Shown here: piece after piece, positions 49,785 through 63,671 of the stretch
How positions within the stretch are numbered: the stretch's first letter is position 1
Layout: each line of letters starts with the position of its first letter
Source: Octopus vulgaris
Lineage: Eukaryota
DNA length: 64,000 bases
Direction: 5' to 3'
NCBI GenBank assembly: GCA_951406725.2
Contig: OX597825.1
Coordinates: 61,380,001-61,444,000 of the forward strand
Program-made: the position numbers and the translations under genes
Notes under the pieces: generated by a model
What the model saw: only the letters and a program-made list of their open reading frames with translations
Told to the model about the DNA's origin: nothing
Databases searched by the model: none

Positions 49785-51761
49785 CAGTAATGGTAAGACA
49801 ACAAAAGAATGAATGAGACCTTGATATTATGTAAATAGAGGAATTTATCTATAATATATTACAGATATACATATTGAACTCATAATACTTACTGTAGTCC
49901 CGTTCTGAATACTTTCTTGAATACTTTCTTGTAAACTGTTTTTAACATTTTCTTATCATTATCAAAGAATATATAACTGTATTTTAATACTTTTGTGATA
50001 ACCAGTACTTAACACAACAAAGCTTATACAAAACTTTACATTTTACTTTTGACAATCTTTTCCTAATAAAGTGAAACTGGTCAAATCAATAAACATCTTT
50101 AAAATTATATTTTCAAACCTTCTTTTATATATATATATGATTGGATTCTTTCAACTTCTGTCTATGAAATCCACTCACAAGGGTTTGGTCAGCTCAAAGC
50201 TATATTAAAAGACACTTGCCTAAGCACCATACCCTAAAGTTGCCAGATTTTAGTCATTTGTATTCAGTATCATTATATTGGTAGCTGCAATATTTATTAG
50301 TCAGAGCATTACTATGAAATTAAGAATATTGACCATTGGCTAACTGCAAGGCCATAACGTAAGATACATAAAGGACTGGACTAATATTTTACATATCACC
50401 CTTTGATGATAACTATTTGATTCTCATAGATCATGCACCATTACTTGCTGATGTGAGATTTATCCATCCAATTAAGATAAGCAGAGGTATACCTAAAAGT
50501 GTAGATATGGTTGGGTGGTGTGGTTAAGAAGTTCATTTTTGAATCTCATGGTCTCAGTTTCAGTCTCAATGCATGGGACCTTGGGCAAGGGCCATTTATT
50601 ATATTTCTGAATCCTCCAAAACCTTGTAAGTGCATTTGGTAAAGAGGAACTTAAAAGCTTATAGCCCACATACACTCACATACATGTATAATTATACATA
50701 TGTGGATATTATATATGTATGTGTGTTCAGATGTTTGTCTTTTTGTTTGATTTTGCACTCAACAATACTTGTGTAATTTGAACTGTGCTGTTGTCATCAT
50801 TTCTCCTGCTGGTAAATTGTCAAAATATTCCTTTCCTGAAAAACAGGTATGTGTTAGTGACAGGAAAGGCATTCAGCTGTAAAGCAATGATTCAATAGTA
50901 TATTTGTCTAACCTGTGCAGTCTTGGACAAACAGAAGTAAAAAGAATGAATTGATGAATTATTTTATGCAATATGTGTATATCATCAGAATTTAATGATA
51001 TTAAACAAATGTTCTTCTATGAAATAAGCAGATTAAATACAATTATTTAATTGGATTTTAGTTGTTATTGCAATTAAGTAGCTGAAATGAAATACATCTG
51101 CTTCAGAGAAGAAAACTGAATTGCTGTTTATTCTGTTATCCAAATTCTTTCAATGGGGTTTTTTACAATATACCAAAGATTTCTCAATATAGAGAAGAAA
51201 TATGGTAAAATTCTTTATTAGAAATCAGAAGTACTTAGATTCAATCAACATCACTGAGTATGCCCCACAGACAATGAAACATGCTGCTACAATTACCACA
51301 CAAAAATATTCTTTTATTGATATATTCTTTTACTTGCTTCAGTTATTTGACTGTGGCCATGCTGGTGCACTGCCTTTTGTCCAAGAAAGTGACCCCAGAA
51401 CTTATTCTTTGTAAGCCTAGTACTTATTCTGTCGTTCTCTTACATAAAATTTTATTCAATCACACAAAGGATCTTCAGACACTGGGGCTCACTGGGAGAT
51501 AACAAGGGACTGTGACCACTGGTGATTTTGTTGTACATGAGAAGAAATATCAAGCTAAGTAAAATCGTGCCTATCTATGCATCCAGGTTGTCCTTTATGG
51601 CCATGCCCACACTGCCTCTTTCAGCTGAGAGGTCTTTGTTTTGGTGGTGCTGGTGCCATGTAAAATGAACTGTATGTATGTATATGTATGTAAATATTCT
51701 TTTATTCTTTTACATGTTTCAGTCACTTACCTGCAGCCAGGCTGGAGCACCGCCTGTGTAA

Positions 51762-51817
<56 letters not shown>

Positions 51818-52228
51818 AGTTAGATGCGAACTTAATCTTGGTCTGACTGGCATCTTTCTTCATGTTTCCTGAAATTTATATTCACAACTTTATTGGTACA
51901 TTTACCTTCTCTGGGATGTCACTAATAAATTTGAGAACTTGACATTGTTGGAAAGCATATATGAACTCAATCTTGGTTTGCTTGGCACCTTGCTTCAAGT
52001 TCCTGAAACACACATCTACAACTTTATCGCTATATTTACACTCTCTAAGATGTTACTAATTGATTTGAGAACTTTACATTATTGGAAAACCTTTATGAAA
52101 TTAGCTGAAGATTACTTGACATATTATATTTGCTGTAATATTTGCAGCTTTAATAAATTGTTATAGTATGAAACAATTGTTCTAAATTACTGGATCCATT
52201 CTTGTTGCTTATTGTTTGGTTATTTTTT

Positions 52229-52263
<35 letters not shown>

Positions 52264-52274
52264 CTATCTATCTA

Positions 52275-52319
<45 letters not shown>

Positions 52320-52346
52320 GTATGTATATATATATATATTTATATC

Positions 52347-52650
52347 TATATTATATAGAGGGCATTATTACACATAAATGCCATATGCTAAGAGGGACTC
52401 TTAAAGTCAAAACTACTAAAATAAATAAACATATCGTATCGAATGCAACTCTCGAAGCAAGTCACTTAAAAGCAGAATTCAGCTGCAGATCACTGTGATT
52501 TCGTAAACAGTGCAGTGGTGTGCCCTCTATATAATATAAATAAATATATTTAAGTGAAAAAATTGGTGGATTTTTCTTGTATGAGGTTTTTCACGCTGTC
52601 TACTTGATAAATATTTATGAAGATTTTATCCTATTTTTAAATTGTGTATA
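52347..52650. mobile_element. Short fold-back PLE-type relic
   Basis: tatattatatagagggca / tgccctctatataatata inverted ends plus a one-sided extension. The minus strand has a possible HHR 3' half, GAAAtcacagtgaTCtgcag. Confidence 0.45.
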
Positions 52651-52899
52651 CATATATATATATGATAAAAGGAAGAAAATGGAGTCTGTCGTAGGTCAAC
52701 CAACATGTTGAAATGTAACTCCCTTTTGGGAAAATTCTCCCTTGATGAAACACCCAATTAACCAGTTTCAATGTGTTTGCTGAAATTGCTGAGTGGAGTG
52801 AAACTGCTCAGTTTCCACGTATATTCTTGAGTAGTTAGAGGTTCGATACCTCAGTTTCGTTTCTCTGGGGTTAGTATCTATGTTTGTTTTCGATTTTCT

Positions 52900-53640
52900 C
52901 GTATTTCTTTGTTGTTGTGGTTTCGTTTTTATAATGGATTTGTCTCCATAGTTTTTTCATAATTAGCGAACCACTCTTGTTGTTTTTCCTACATTTTTAT
53001 GCATTTTACTTCTTCCCAGTTTGTGTCTTCTTTCCATAGTTTTTGCAGTTTTCAAGACATTGATTGTCACTCTGCTCAGCAATTTCAGCAAACATAATTG
53101 CGTCAATATTTTTCACTTTTTCTTTGTGTCTTGTTTTACATGATTGTAGAAGAGTGATTTCTGTTTCCAGCCGGCATAGAGCTAAATTCGCACATATCCT
53201 TCTCTCTTCTAGTGATTCATTTCTTATTTCTTTAATAAGATATTTCCTGAGCAGGATTGGGCTTTCTTTACTTCGCCAATTCTGGTAAGTGTTTGCTATA
53301 TTGTTGCATCGAATGCTTTTCAAATATGCATGTTTCCTTTGAATCAGGAGTTTCTTTCAGAGATGTGGTTTTAAGGTATTATGTTGTTGTACTCCCAGAG
53401 ATGTGGTTTCAAGTGAGTTTGGTCTTATTACTTTCTTATTGTTTGTCTCTGTTGCTGGAGAACCTTCTGTATGGGTATCATTCACAGTTCTATCTGTATT
53501 CATGAAGATTGCATCTAGTCTTGAAATAAGTAAATCTAACTTATTAGATATTTCTGTGAGATGTTCTTCTGTATTTTAGGCGTTTCTCAGCTGTGAATTT
53601 GATTGTGTTCCATTCATTCTGGTGTCTTGTACATCCTAGG
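52900..53640 (-). pseudogene. Degenerate retroelement ORF fragment (possibly PLE N-terminal region)
   Basis: Non-repetitive 105-aa ORF at 53006-53323 (NNIANTYQNW...PILLRKYLIKEI...LETEITLLQ) with frameshifts on both sides. No catalytic motif was recognised. Confidence 0.35.
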
Positions 53641-54770
53641 AGATATGTATAGAGTGTTACGTGTGATGTACAGAAATTGAATATTGAGAAAAAAGTTGTC
53701 AGAATTTTAGAAAAAAATCCTTTTATTTCTTCATTATTATTAGCGCTTTTGTTCTTTTCTAGAACTTGTCAAATAAAATTATGTGAGTGCACAAACAGCT
53801 TGTTCATTTATATACAACATGCCTTTTTTGGGTTTTGTTTAGAAGAGAATATTGTTTGTGTTTTTTGGGTGAGGATAGATAGATAGATAGAGAGATAGAT
53901 AAATAGATAGATAGATAGTCAGACAGATAGACAGACAGGTAGAGGGAAAGAGAGAGAGAGAAGAGGTATCTACCTTCCTATTCACCATTCATTCATTTAT
54001 CCATTTATCTAGTCCTTTACCATTGTATTGGAATGGATTTATGGATGATGACTTCTTCAAAATAAATAAATAAATAAATAAATAAAAATATATACAAAAA
54101 ATAAAATTAAAAATTGAAAAAACGGGTTCAGTTTGGTCATCACTGAAAGTCATTTTGCTTTCTTTCTCTTGTAAGGATAGAGAAGAAAGTTCACAGTAAT
54201 TTATCGAATATCTAGCAATAAAATTTATGCAAGTCAACTGATTGAATGTAAAATACCCCATGTAGTAGCTTGCCCTGCTGGAAATAACAGCTAAATCTCC
54301 CACAAATTACAATTTAAATACCATCTTAATTTCTGTAGAAAATAAGATTTCACTGCTATGGAAAATATGCCTTAAGAAAGGGGAAGAATTTGCAGTTATA
54401 ACTGTTGCAATTTTGACTATAAATTTGCTGAATCAGGGTTCAACTTAGGGCTGTAGTCATTACGAATAACAATAATTACAGCCACAATGATTAATACAGT
54501 AACAATAGAGCATATTCTCTCGGTCAGCTAAAACTAATTTTAATTGTGTCACGTAACTCAAATTCAAACTAAGCACCAGTTGGGAAGCTAGCAAACAGAT
54601 TGCATTGGGAGCAAGGAAACAAGCAAATTTCATAGAAGAGAAATAATTGCTGTATTAATTAGTAATAATTATATTCTCTGTATGATTTAGTTAGCATTTT
54701 TATGTTTTCATTCATTGCTATTCATTCTTCAATTACCTTGTACTTTTATCAACATTTCATATTTCCACGA

Positions 54771-54832
<62 letters not shown>

Positions 54833-54944
54833 TATCATCATTAATATCATCATTATCCTTATTATTATTATTATTATTATTATTATCATTATTATAATTT
54901 GTTTTTGTGGTAAGTTTTACGTTTTTATTCATTTCATCTCTTAG

Positions 54945-55051
54945 GAAGGGGTTGCACTCATGCCCTTAACAGGCTCTTTGAGATTGGTCAGGTCGATTCG
55001 GGTGATGTCCTTCGTGATTGTGGTTTTGGTTACAAACGCAATTTATTGTAA
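54945..55051 (+). CDS. Candidate terminal coding exon of an unknown host gene
   Basis: Acceptor 'ttcatttcatctcttag|' and a locally GC/CpG-rich island. The phase-1 frame reads RGCTHALNRLFEIGQVDSGDVLRDCGFGYKRNLL*. Confidence 0.3.
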
Positions 55052-56252
55052 CACATCAAAGTAAAAGTCATTATAACTTTTAAATGGTTATTTATTGCAT
55101 TGTGTTCTATTGACTCATTTAGTTGTATCTATTAGAATCTGATAAAAGGACCATTATTATCTTAATGACTTCAGCTAATTCATTTTAGACTGTAATCAAT
55201 TTTCTGATTACTTTCTAAAACTATTTAATACATGGCATACACAGTTTCATTTGCATTGCAAGATAATATATCATGCTACATGTTATTTCTATAGTAAGTT
55301 GAATATATCATACCACATGTTATTTGTTAGTGCTGTTGAGACTCATGCAGTTAGCTCTGACCTAGAAGACCTATGGCCAATGGTGGATTAGGATTAGTAT
55401 CATTTTTGTTTCTATAACGAGTGACAAGATGATCACTCCTACTATGCTTCACATCATGTCCCATGTTAGCCCTATCCTAGGGGATCTATGGTTAATGGTG
55501 TTCCAGATTTGCCCACCTCATCTGTAGACATCTTTTTTTCTGACTTGGCCTTCCTTTTCTGAAGGCAGTAGAGATTGAGATAAAGGAAATTAGGAGATTG
55601 TTTCTATAACAAGTGACCAGATAATCACTCCGATAATGCCATCATGTCCCATGTATCCCCATGTTGTTTTTGTGTAGAGTTATGATTAAAAGCATTCTAG
55701 TCATGACCATCCCCACTTTTTCTATACCAGGATCTACTTTGTGTCATGAATTTTTTCTTCTTTTAAGATGGTAGAGTGTGATTTCAAGGAGATTTAGTAG
55801 CTATCTCTATCAGGTTGAGTAATTACGTAGAATCTCCCTAGTTGACTTGCCATGTGTAACTTCATCTTTTTGGAATGAAGTGTTTGGCCTTCTAGAAATG
55901 TTGCTAAATTGCTTCAAGAACCAATGTTTTATAATGGCTGATTATCATTGTGAAATAAATTTCCTACTTAAATCCAGCTGCCTTGAATACCTTAAATAAA
56001 TGATGTCAGTTAATTAAGAATTTGAATATAAGTATATGATATCTGACTTCTAGAAATAACTTCCTTTCTATAATATTCTTCAAATCTGTTTGGTGATTAT
56101 TTATGTTTAAGAAATTATGTTAAATAAATGGTTCATCTATTGTTTTACAGTCCATCGATTCTAAGTTGAAATTATTAATTTTCTCTTCATTCTCTGTAGG
56201 CTTAAGATTTTCAATAACATAGATTTTAAGAAGGTGAGCAAAAACACACATG

Positions 56253-56320
<68 letters not shown>

Positions 56321-58904
56321 CACACACAAAAAGAAAAGAAAAATATGATATTCATCTCCAAGAAATTTCAGTATTTAATCTCTTGCCAATTCCCCAGTTT
56401 TCATTTTATTAACAAAATTAATGTCAAATATTTCAAATTCTTAATTTACAAATGACAATACTAGGAATTTTAAATAATGTTGTACCAAAAATGTCATTAA
56501 TTATTTTGTTCCACTTTTTAACTTTTACAGCAATTAAAGGGATCTTTGTTTCAAGAGAAAGTGAAAAATGGTAATTTATCCCAATAGTTTTAGTTCTTTG
56601 TATTGCTCATATATTCAAATAAGCTCATTAATCTAAAATTGGCTGTTGTAGTGAGAACATTTTCAACATCAACTGAAAATGAATGAAAGGTGTTGTCAAA
56701 TGTTACTGTGTGTTTATAATTAATTAACACATTTAATCAACAGAGAAGCCTTTCTTGTACTGAATAGATATATCATGAACTGTCTCTTCCAGTATCTTCA
56801 TTACTGTATTTTACTTGCCACAGGTCATTTTAACTGACAAAATTGTATGTTGTTGTTGTGTGTCTTGCCATTGTAATTGTTGTAAAGTGGTCTGTTGCCA
56901 CTGTTGTATCTGTCTTTTGACAACGGTTGTTGCTCTGACAGATATTGTTATATTCCAAAGCCATCGGTAGAATGTTCCTACCATATAGTGTTATTATCCT
57001 TAAAAGGTGGATCATTATACATCCACTCAGTATCACAGTATACTTACTATATCAGCACAGACTGTCAACATTCTACATGTACTCTCTACCTTCCCGACCG
57101 TCCCCTTTCGACCAGCTACTAGTATATTTATAATGGCTGGCTACTAAGGGAGCTTCTTTTTCCCTTTGTCCAACAGTTTACTTGTCAGCTTCATTAGTAT
57201 AAATATCAGGGGAAAAGTACTGAGTGTAGTATGTAAAGTAGTTGTCATTAGGAAAGCTATAGAAACTGTGCCAAAGCAGACACTGGAGCCTGATGCAGTC
57301 CCCCAGCTTGTTGGATCCTATCAAAACATCCAACCCAAGCTGGCATAGAAGACAGACATTATTAAACGATGAGTTTCTTGTTTAAAGAAACCTGGGAGAT
57401 ACCAGTGTTAGTTTAAGTCCAGTACTTGTCTGGTAGTTATTTCACTGAACCCAAAATGTTGAAAATCAGAATTGGTTTCATCAAGGTTCAAGCTCAAAAT
57501 ATAACAGAGCAGAAAGTATTTTGTCCAACATGCTAATCTGCCACCTTAACCCTTAAGAGTTTAAACTGGCCATATTCAGTCGGCCAGATCCAATCTCTCT
57601 CACCTACCCTACAATGTCATTTTAGCAATAAACAACCACATCATCGAAATCTTGAAGTTATGCGATAGTGGAGGATTAATTCAAAACAATATGAATGAAT
57701 AAACATTACATTTAACAGAGAAATTTAAATGCTGAATGGTTAATATTTAGTGTTATCAACTTCTGTTCTGTTTCTATATTATGAATTTTAATGCAGACAG
57801 TGAGCAATACAGATATATCATGATATATCCTCAGCAATATCTGTAGGCAGTAGACTGGTAGAGTCATTAGAGTATTAGTATTTGCTGTAAGTATCTATGT
57901 TTCAAATCTTATCAAAGCCCACTAAGCATTTACTCTTTTTGGTGTTGGTAAAAAAATACCAAACCAGGGTTACAGAGTGGCAGAACTGGAAGAATGTTGG
58001 ATTAGATGTTTTATAATGGTATTTATTGAAAGAGTTAAACAAATGCTCTTCCAAATTCTTTACAGATTTCTATCACAACATGAATTGGTTACACAAAAGA
58101 TATATTTTCGTATCTGAATGTGAATGAATATTGGTCATCAAGCATTATATTACAAGAAGAACTATTTAAAATAAGTAAAATATTTACGAGACTTTCAAAA
58201 CATTATCTTGATTTTTTTTTTTATGTATTCTTATATTTGTTTAGATAACAAATTAAAAAGGCATAAACTTGCTACTGGAAGAGAGAAACATTAACTTCAA
58301 TTAGTAACTATCCTTTCAAACATAAACATTCAATAATGTTTATAAAATTATGATTTTCAGAACCAACCTCAAATGCTACACTTGCTTGCAGCCATGCATA
58401 TAGTTAAATACTGATTTCTTTAAAGGAAAATAAAAATAGTGATATTGCTTTGAACTGAAGATCTATGTGTGTGTATTTGTGTATTTGAAGAGAGAAAGTA
58501 TATTGCTAAAATTTGTGTGTATAGAAATTGTAAAGGAAATATATTTGAATGAATGTCATATTGCATTTACAATTTAACAAAATGAACTTAGCTGAAAATG
58601 TTGCATATCCGTACATATATATATATACACAAAACACATACACACATACATACATATAACACACACACACACACACACACATACACATATATATATTGTT
58701 TAATGTACACAGTATATAGTTATGAGCTACTAATAGTTTCATACATAGAAGATATTATCCAACCAGGTTTTCAAACCTGCCTAGATAATATCTTCAACGT
58801 ATGTAACTGTTAGTAGTTCATAACGATATACAGTGTACATCAAACAATTTTTATCTCTCACCAGGTGAAGTACTTTTTGTTGATCTTACCTGAATGGAAA
58901 AATA

Positions 58905-58964
<60 letters not shown>

Positions 58965-58967
<3 letters not shown>

Positions 58968-59386
58968 AGTGGCTGTGTGGTATGTAGCTTGCTTACCAAC
59001 CACATGGTTTCGGGTTGATTCCCACTGCATGGCACCTTGGGCAAGTGTCTTCTACTATAGCCTCAGGTTGACCAAAGCCTTATGAGTGGATTTGGGAGAC
59101 AGAAGCTGAAAGAAGCCTGTCGCATATATTATATGTATATATATATATATATATATATGTATATGTGTATGTATATGTTTGTGTGTCTGTGTTTGTCCCC
59201 TCCAACATCGCTTGACAACCGATGGTGGTGTATTTACGTCACCATAACTTAGGGGTTCGGCAAAAGAGACTGATAGAATAAGTACTAGGCTTACAAAGAA
59301 TAAGTCCTGGGGTTGATTTGCTTGACTAAAGGCAGTGGTCCAGCATGGCCGCAGTCAAATGACTGAAACAAGTAAAAGAAAAAGGA

Positions 59387-59389
<3 letters not shown>
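58965..59389 (+). mobile_element. Full-length SINE family A in a TA tract
   Basis: Collinear with 13456-13874. Confidence 0.9.
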
Positions 59390-59424
<35 letters not shown>

Positions 59425-59473
59425 AAAAAATTGGAGTCAATAAGATTGAGTATGGTTGGACATATATTCTTTA

Positions 59474-59578
59474 ATCACTACAATTGTTTCCATGCAATGT
59501 AGTTCTCCAGGGGTGCAGGCACTTGATTATGCAACTGTTTCCCTGTATTATGCAATCGGTTGTTTTTCCTCAGGCGAT
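59474..59578 (-). ncRNA. Hammerhead candidate with long stem II region
   Basis: atcgc CTGAGGA [~76 nt] GAAA caattg TA gtgat. Stem I is 5 bp with one G-U and stem III is the palindrome ACAATTGT. Stem II closure is not evident. Confidence 0.6.
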
Positions 59579-60149
59579 ATGTAAATATTGTTGTAAGTTC
59601 AAAGTCATTGGTTTCAAGAACATCCTCTCTGTCTGTCATGGCCTGAATTTAGTAGTAGTTACTGAGCTTATCAAGGTGTGTTGCTGCTGAAGGGCTATTG
59701 GCAAACTGCTTTCAATGTGTAGATGTAGTGGAATGGTGATTCTGTTGCTGTTAATGTAGTTGCCATTTTAAAGGGATTGGCATTTCATTTCTTTGTACTG
59801 TTGGTTTAGTTTGTGTGGTTGGTTACACATGCGATTGTCCTTAGCTGACCTTTAAGATTCAGCTTATATGTAGAGATGTGTTGCTTTACATATACTTCCA
59901 TATATATACTAATGCTCGGGCACATACACACACACACATACATATATATACATATTCATCTATATATACATATATACATACGCGCACACACACACACACA
60001 CACTCACATATATATACATAAACATAATATATATATATACACACAAGCACACATATATGGACATTTATGTACACTTACATACATACACATGCATGCATAT
60101 GCATACACAGATGCTCGTGTGTTCATACACACACACACACTCACACACA

Positions 60150-60440
60150 TTTGGTGGCTTGGAGTTACGCATTTGGTGCCAGCGACATATAAATAAGAAT
60201 GCAAATGCTTTTGCTGCCCTTTGAATTCCCAGATATATTTCTGTATCAAGATTTCCATTATTTTGAACAGAGCATCCAAGGTCGACGAATGAATCAACAA
60301 CGTCAAGTAAAATTTTAGTGGGGTTACAAACAGCACCGCATACAGGTCGATGCATTACAAATGTTTTTTCCAAGCTGATGGTCAAACCAAAATCATCACA
60401 AGCTGAGTCAAATGCAGATACAAGAGATTGCAGACCTGGA
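60150..60440 (-). pseudogene. RTE LINE RT-region fragment
   Basis: Encodes QSLVSAFDSACDDFGLTISLEKTFVM...VVDSFVDLG.SVQNNGNLDTEI..GIQRAAKAF. Confidence 0.8.
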
Positions 60441-61759
60441 ACTCGACTGATTGCAGATAGTCCTCTTTCACTTAAGCATGAGAACAGTACAAACTAAAGA
60501 GGAAGGGAAACTGGCTGTATAAACCCTGACAAAAACTTAATTTACAAGTAAAGCATATTCCTCAACACATGCAGGGTTGAAGCAACCTTGAAAAAAAAAA
60601 ACTGATTCAAACCTTTGCAAAACATGCCAACATAAAACGATGATGATGATAATGAGTAATATGAGGGTTAGTTTACTTTCGCCAGTATTTTTAGAAATAT
60701 TATCAGAAAGCTATGAAATTCTAATAAATTCTTTTATAAAAAAAGTATTAAAAAGTATTAAAAAAGTATTTTTATATTTACAGCAAAACATTTTGAAAAA
60801 TATTTTGTTTACATAAACAAAGAATAATATTTACTTTTGTATGAAAATATAGGACCTGAAAGATAAAACATTTCATTGTTAGATAAGAGGTCTCACTGCA
60901 ACTGAACTCCGAGAATCTAGGGAAAATATAAAGAAAATTTATGAAATATAATGAATGATTTGATGAACAGATTAATACTGAAAAGGAAAGAAAAGACAGA
61001 ATAACTTGATTAGGTAAGGGTATGGGTTGGTTATGAAATCAATTGGAAAAGTTATTTCTACACTCTACAAAGAAACTTTTCAAATAAGTGCTCTTTTGTA
61101 TTTTCTTGGTTTTATATGTTCTTATTCATAAGTTTTAAATATTAATGGCTACAGAGAGTACCTTATTTTAGCATTGCTGCAATTTCAGAATGCCAGAGAC
61201 GTTCGTTCTTTTATTTCTTATGACTTCCATTTATCTAAGGAGATATGTTTAGTTCTTTTCACTTCATAACAAATTCAAAGCTGGGATAAAATCTTGTAGG
61301 TGGTATTATTTGCAAAGAGAATGTCAGCCTAAAACTTGTAGCACCTAATTGAAGAAATTCAACCAAAGTAATCTTACAGAAGTAGAAATTTATGCCAAGA
61401 AAATTTCCAAAGATTAGAAAAGGTTATTCCTAATCTTTTCAAAGTCATGCACTGGTGATAAAATGTGTGAATGGATTAACTAGTGAGCAAATAATTCATG
61501 AGCCATATATCTTTTAATTTTTCACTTGTTTCAGTCATTAGACTGTGGCCATGCTGGGGCACCACCTTGAATTTTTAGTCAAATGGATTGACCCCTGTAC
61601 TTATTATTTTAAGCTTGATACTTATTCTGTTAGTCTCTTTTGCTGAACCATTAAGTTACAGGGATGCAAACACACCAACACTGGTTGTTAAGCAGAGGTG
61701 GTGGTGGTGGTGGAGCAAACACAGACTGAAAGACACATGCATGTAGATATATATATATA

Positions 61760-63057
61760 TCATCATCATCATCATCATCGTCGTTATCATCGTCATTTAG
61801 CGTCTGCTTTCCATGCTGGGATGGTTTGGACGGTTTGACTGAGGGATGGCATGCCAGAAGGCTGTACCAAGCTCCAATTTGACCTGGCAAGATTTCTGCA
61901 GCTGGATGCCCTTCGTAACGCCAACCACTCCAAAAATGTAGTGGGTGCATTTTACATACCACAGGCATAGGGGCCAGTCAGGTGGTACTGGCATCGACCA
62001 TGCTTGATTGATGCTTTTTACATGCCACCAACCCAAGAATCAGTCAGGCAGCACTGGCAATGACCACACTTGAATGGTGCTTTTAACATGCCACTACTCA
62101 GGACCAGTCAGGTGGCTCTGGTATCGGCCACAACAAGGATTTCATTTGACTCAATAAGTCTTCTCAAGTACAGTTTATTGCCCAATGATTGAAGGGTTAC
62201 TCTTAAATGCTACACTGGCGTAGACCATGGTTATGGTCTCACTTGGCTTGCCAGGTCTTCTCAAGCACAGCATATCTCTAAAGGTCTTTGATCACCTATC
62301 ATCACCTCTGTGAGGCCCAACGTTCAAAGATCGTGCTTCACCACCTCACCCCAGGTCTTCCTGCACTGTTAGGGTGTGACAATATTTCTTCCACTGTTAG
62401 GGTGTGACACTTTTTCACACAGCTGTCTTCATCCAAGCGCAACACACGACCATACCAGAACAGTCATTTTTCTTGCACACCACATCTGATGCTTCTTATG
62501 TGCAACTTTTCTCTCAGGTCACTTACACTCTGATGTGTATGCACACTGACATTACACATCCAGTGGATCATACTAGCTTCATTTCTTGCAGGCTTACTTA
62601 TGTCCTCAAAGGAAGCTATCAACTACTTCTAGTTTTTCCCCCTTGGCATGTGATGGAGGCTGTTTTCTGCACATTTTCAGTGTGTATTGCCCCTGTGCTA
62701 CACAAAAAAGCTATCTTCCCAGTTAGTCTTCGTTTGATATTGCTGCACCTCTTATGTATTCATAGCTTGCACCGGGTAGATCTTATGGAGTTTCTACCTA
62801 TACCTTTTCTACAGAACAAGCAGGGCCATCTACCTGAAGGGATTTGTGATTTGTCTGCCTTCCTACTTATAAAGACCTTGGTTTTTGCTAGATTCACTCT
62901 AAGGCCCATCGATTCTAGACCTTACTTCCACACCTGAAACTTCTCCTCTAGTTCTGATAGTGACTTAGCTATTAGAGCAAGGTCATCAGCATAGAGGATC
63001 TCCCAGGGTCATCCTGTCTTTAATTCCTTTGTCATTGCCTGGAGGACTATGATGAAT
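61760..63057 (-). mobile_element. 5'-truncated RTE LINE: RT C-half, Cys-rich insert, 3'UTR and (GAT)n tail
   Basis: The minus strand encodes FIIVLQAMTKELKTG*PWEILYADDLALIA...GLRVNLAKTKV...GRWPCLFCRKGIGRNSI...IHKRCS. The YADD motif is at about 62982-62993. Confidence 0.9.
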
Positions 63058-63060
63058 AAA

Positions 63061-63671
63061 ATGTTGAATCAAAATTAGATTTAATACAAAATAGGATTCA
63101 GTACATACGCTCGTTTCAAAGGACAATACAAATATGTAAGAAAAAATCATAATCATAATAATTACAATTAAATTTATGCATTGTCATTCTCTTCAATGTG
63201 AGGAGTGAGAAATTTTTGGAAGGACATCAAAAAAGTTTTAATAAAATAAAGTAAATTAAAATAAGATACAATAAGGGAGAATACAAATGGTGTAATAGGG
63301 AAAAAATATCTGATTTTTCCCTATTACCCCATTTGTATTCTCCCTTATCGTTTCTTACTCTAATTTGCTTTATTTTATTAAAAATTTTTTGATGTCCTTC
63401 CAAGAATTTCTCACTCCTCACACTGATGAGAATAACAATGCATGAATTTAATTATAATTACTATGATTATAATTTTTTTCTTACATATTTGTATTGTCCT
63501 TTGAAACACACGTATGTATTGAATCCTATTTTGTATTAAATCTAATTTTGATTCAACATCTTTTTCTCCTCCATTTTTCTATAATTGTTTATGGTATACT
63601 TATACCTATAACGATATTTTTCAACTACTCTTTCCGTATTCTTATTACTTGCTCATGCTGTTTTTTATGAA
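63061..63671. mobile_element. PLE-derived fold-back with ~245-bp arms and an HHR in each arm
   Basis: Arms at 63061-~63306 and ~63313-63559 plus a 3' extension. HHRs lie at 63420-63517 (+) and 63103-63199 (-). Confidence 0.85.
63420..63517 (+). ncRNA. Type I hammerhead with long stem II
   Basis: aca CTGATGA gaataacaat...attgtccttt GAAA cacacg TA tgt. The mirror arm reads aca TTGAAGA...GAAA cgagcg TA tgt, so the ancestral stem III was probably CGCGCG. Confidence 0.7.

Noticed and set aside
50045-50086. Possible HHR relic (TTGACAA...GAAActggTCaaa)
   Set aside because: It needs three or more core changes and stem I is only A/T, so it is too degenerate to call.
62404-62937. 177-aa plus-strand ORF
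   Set aside because: It is the antisense of the decayed RTE reverse-transcriptase region.
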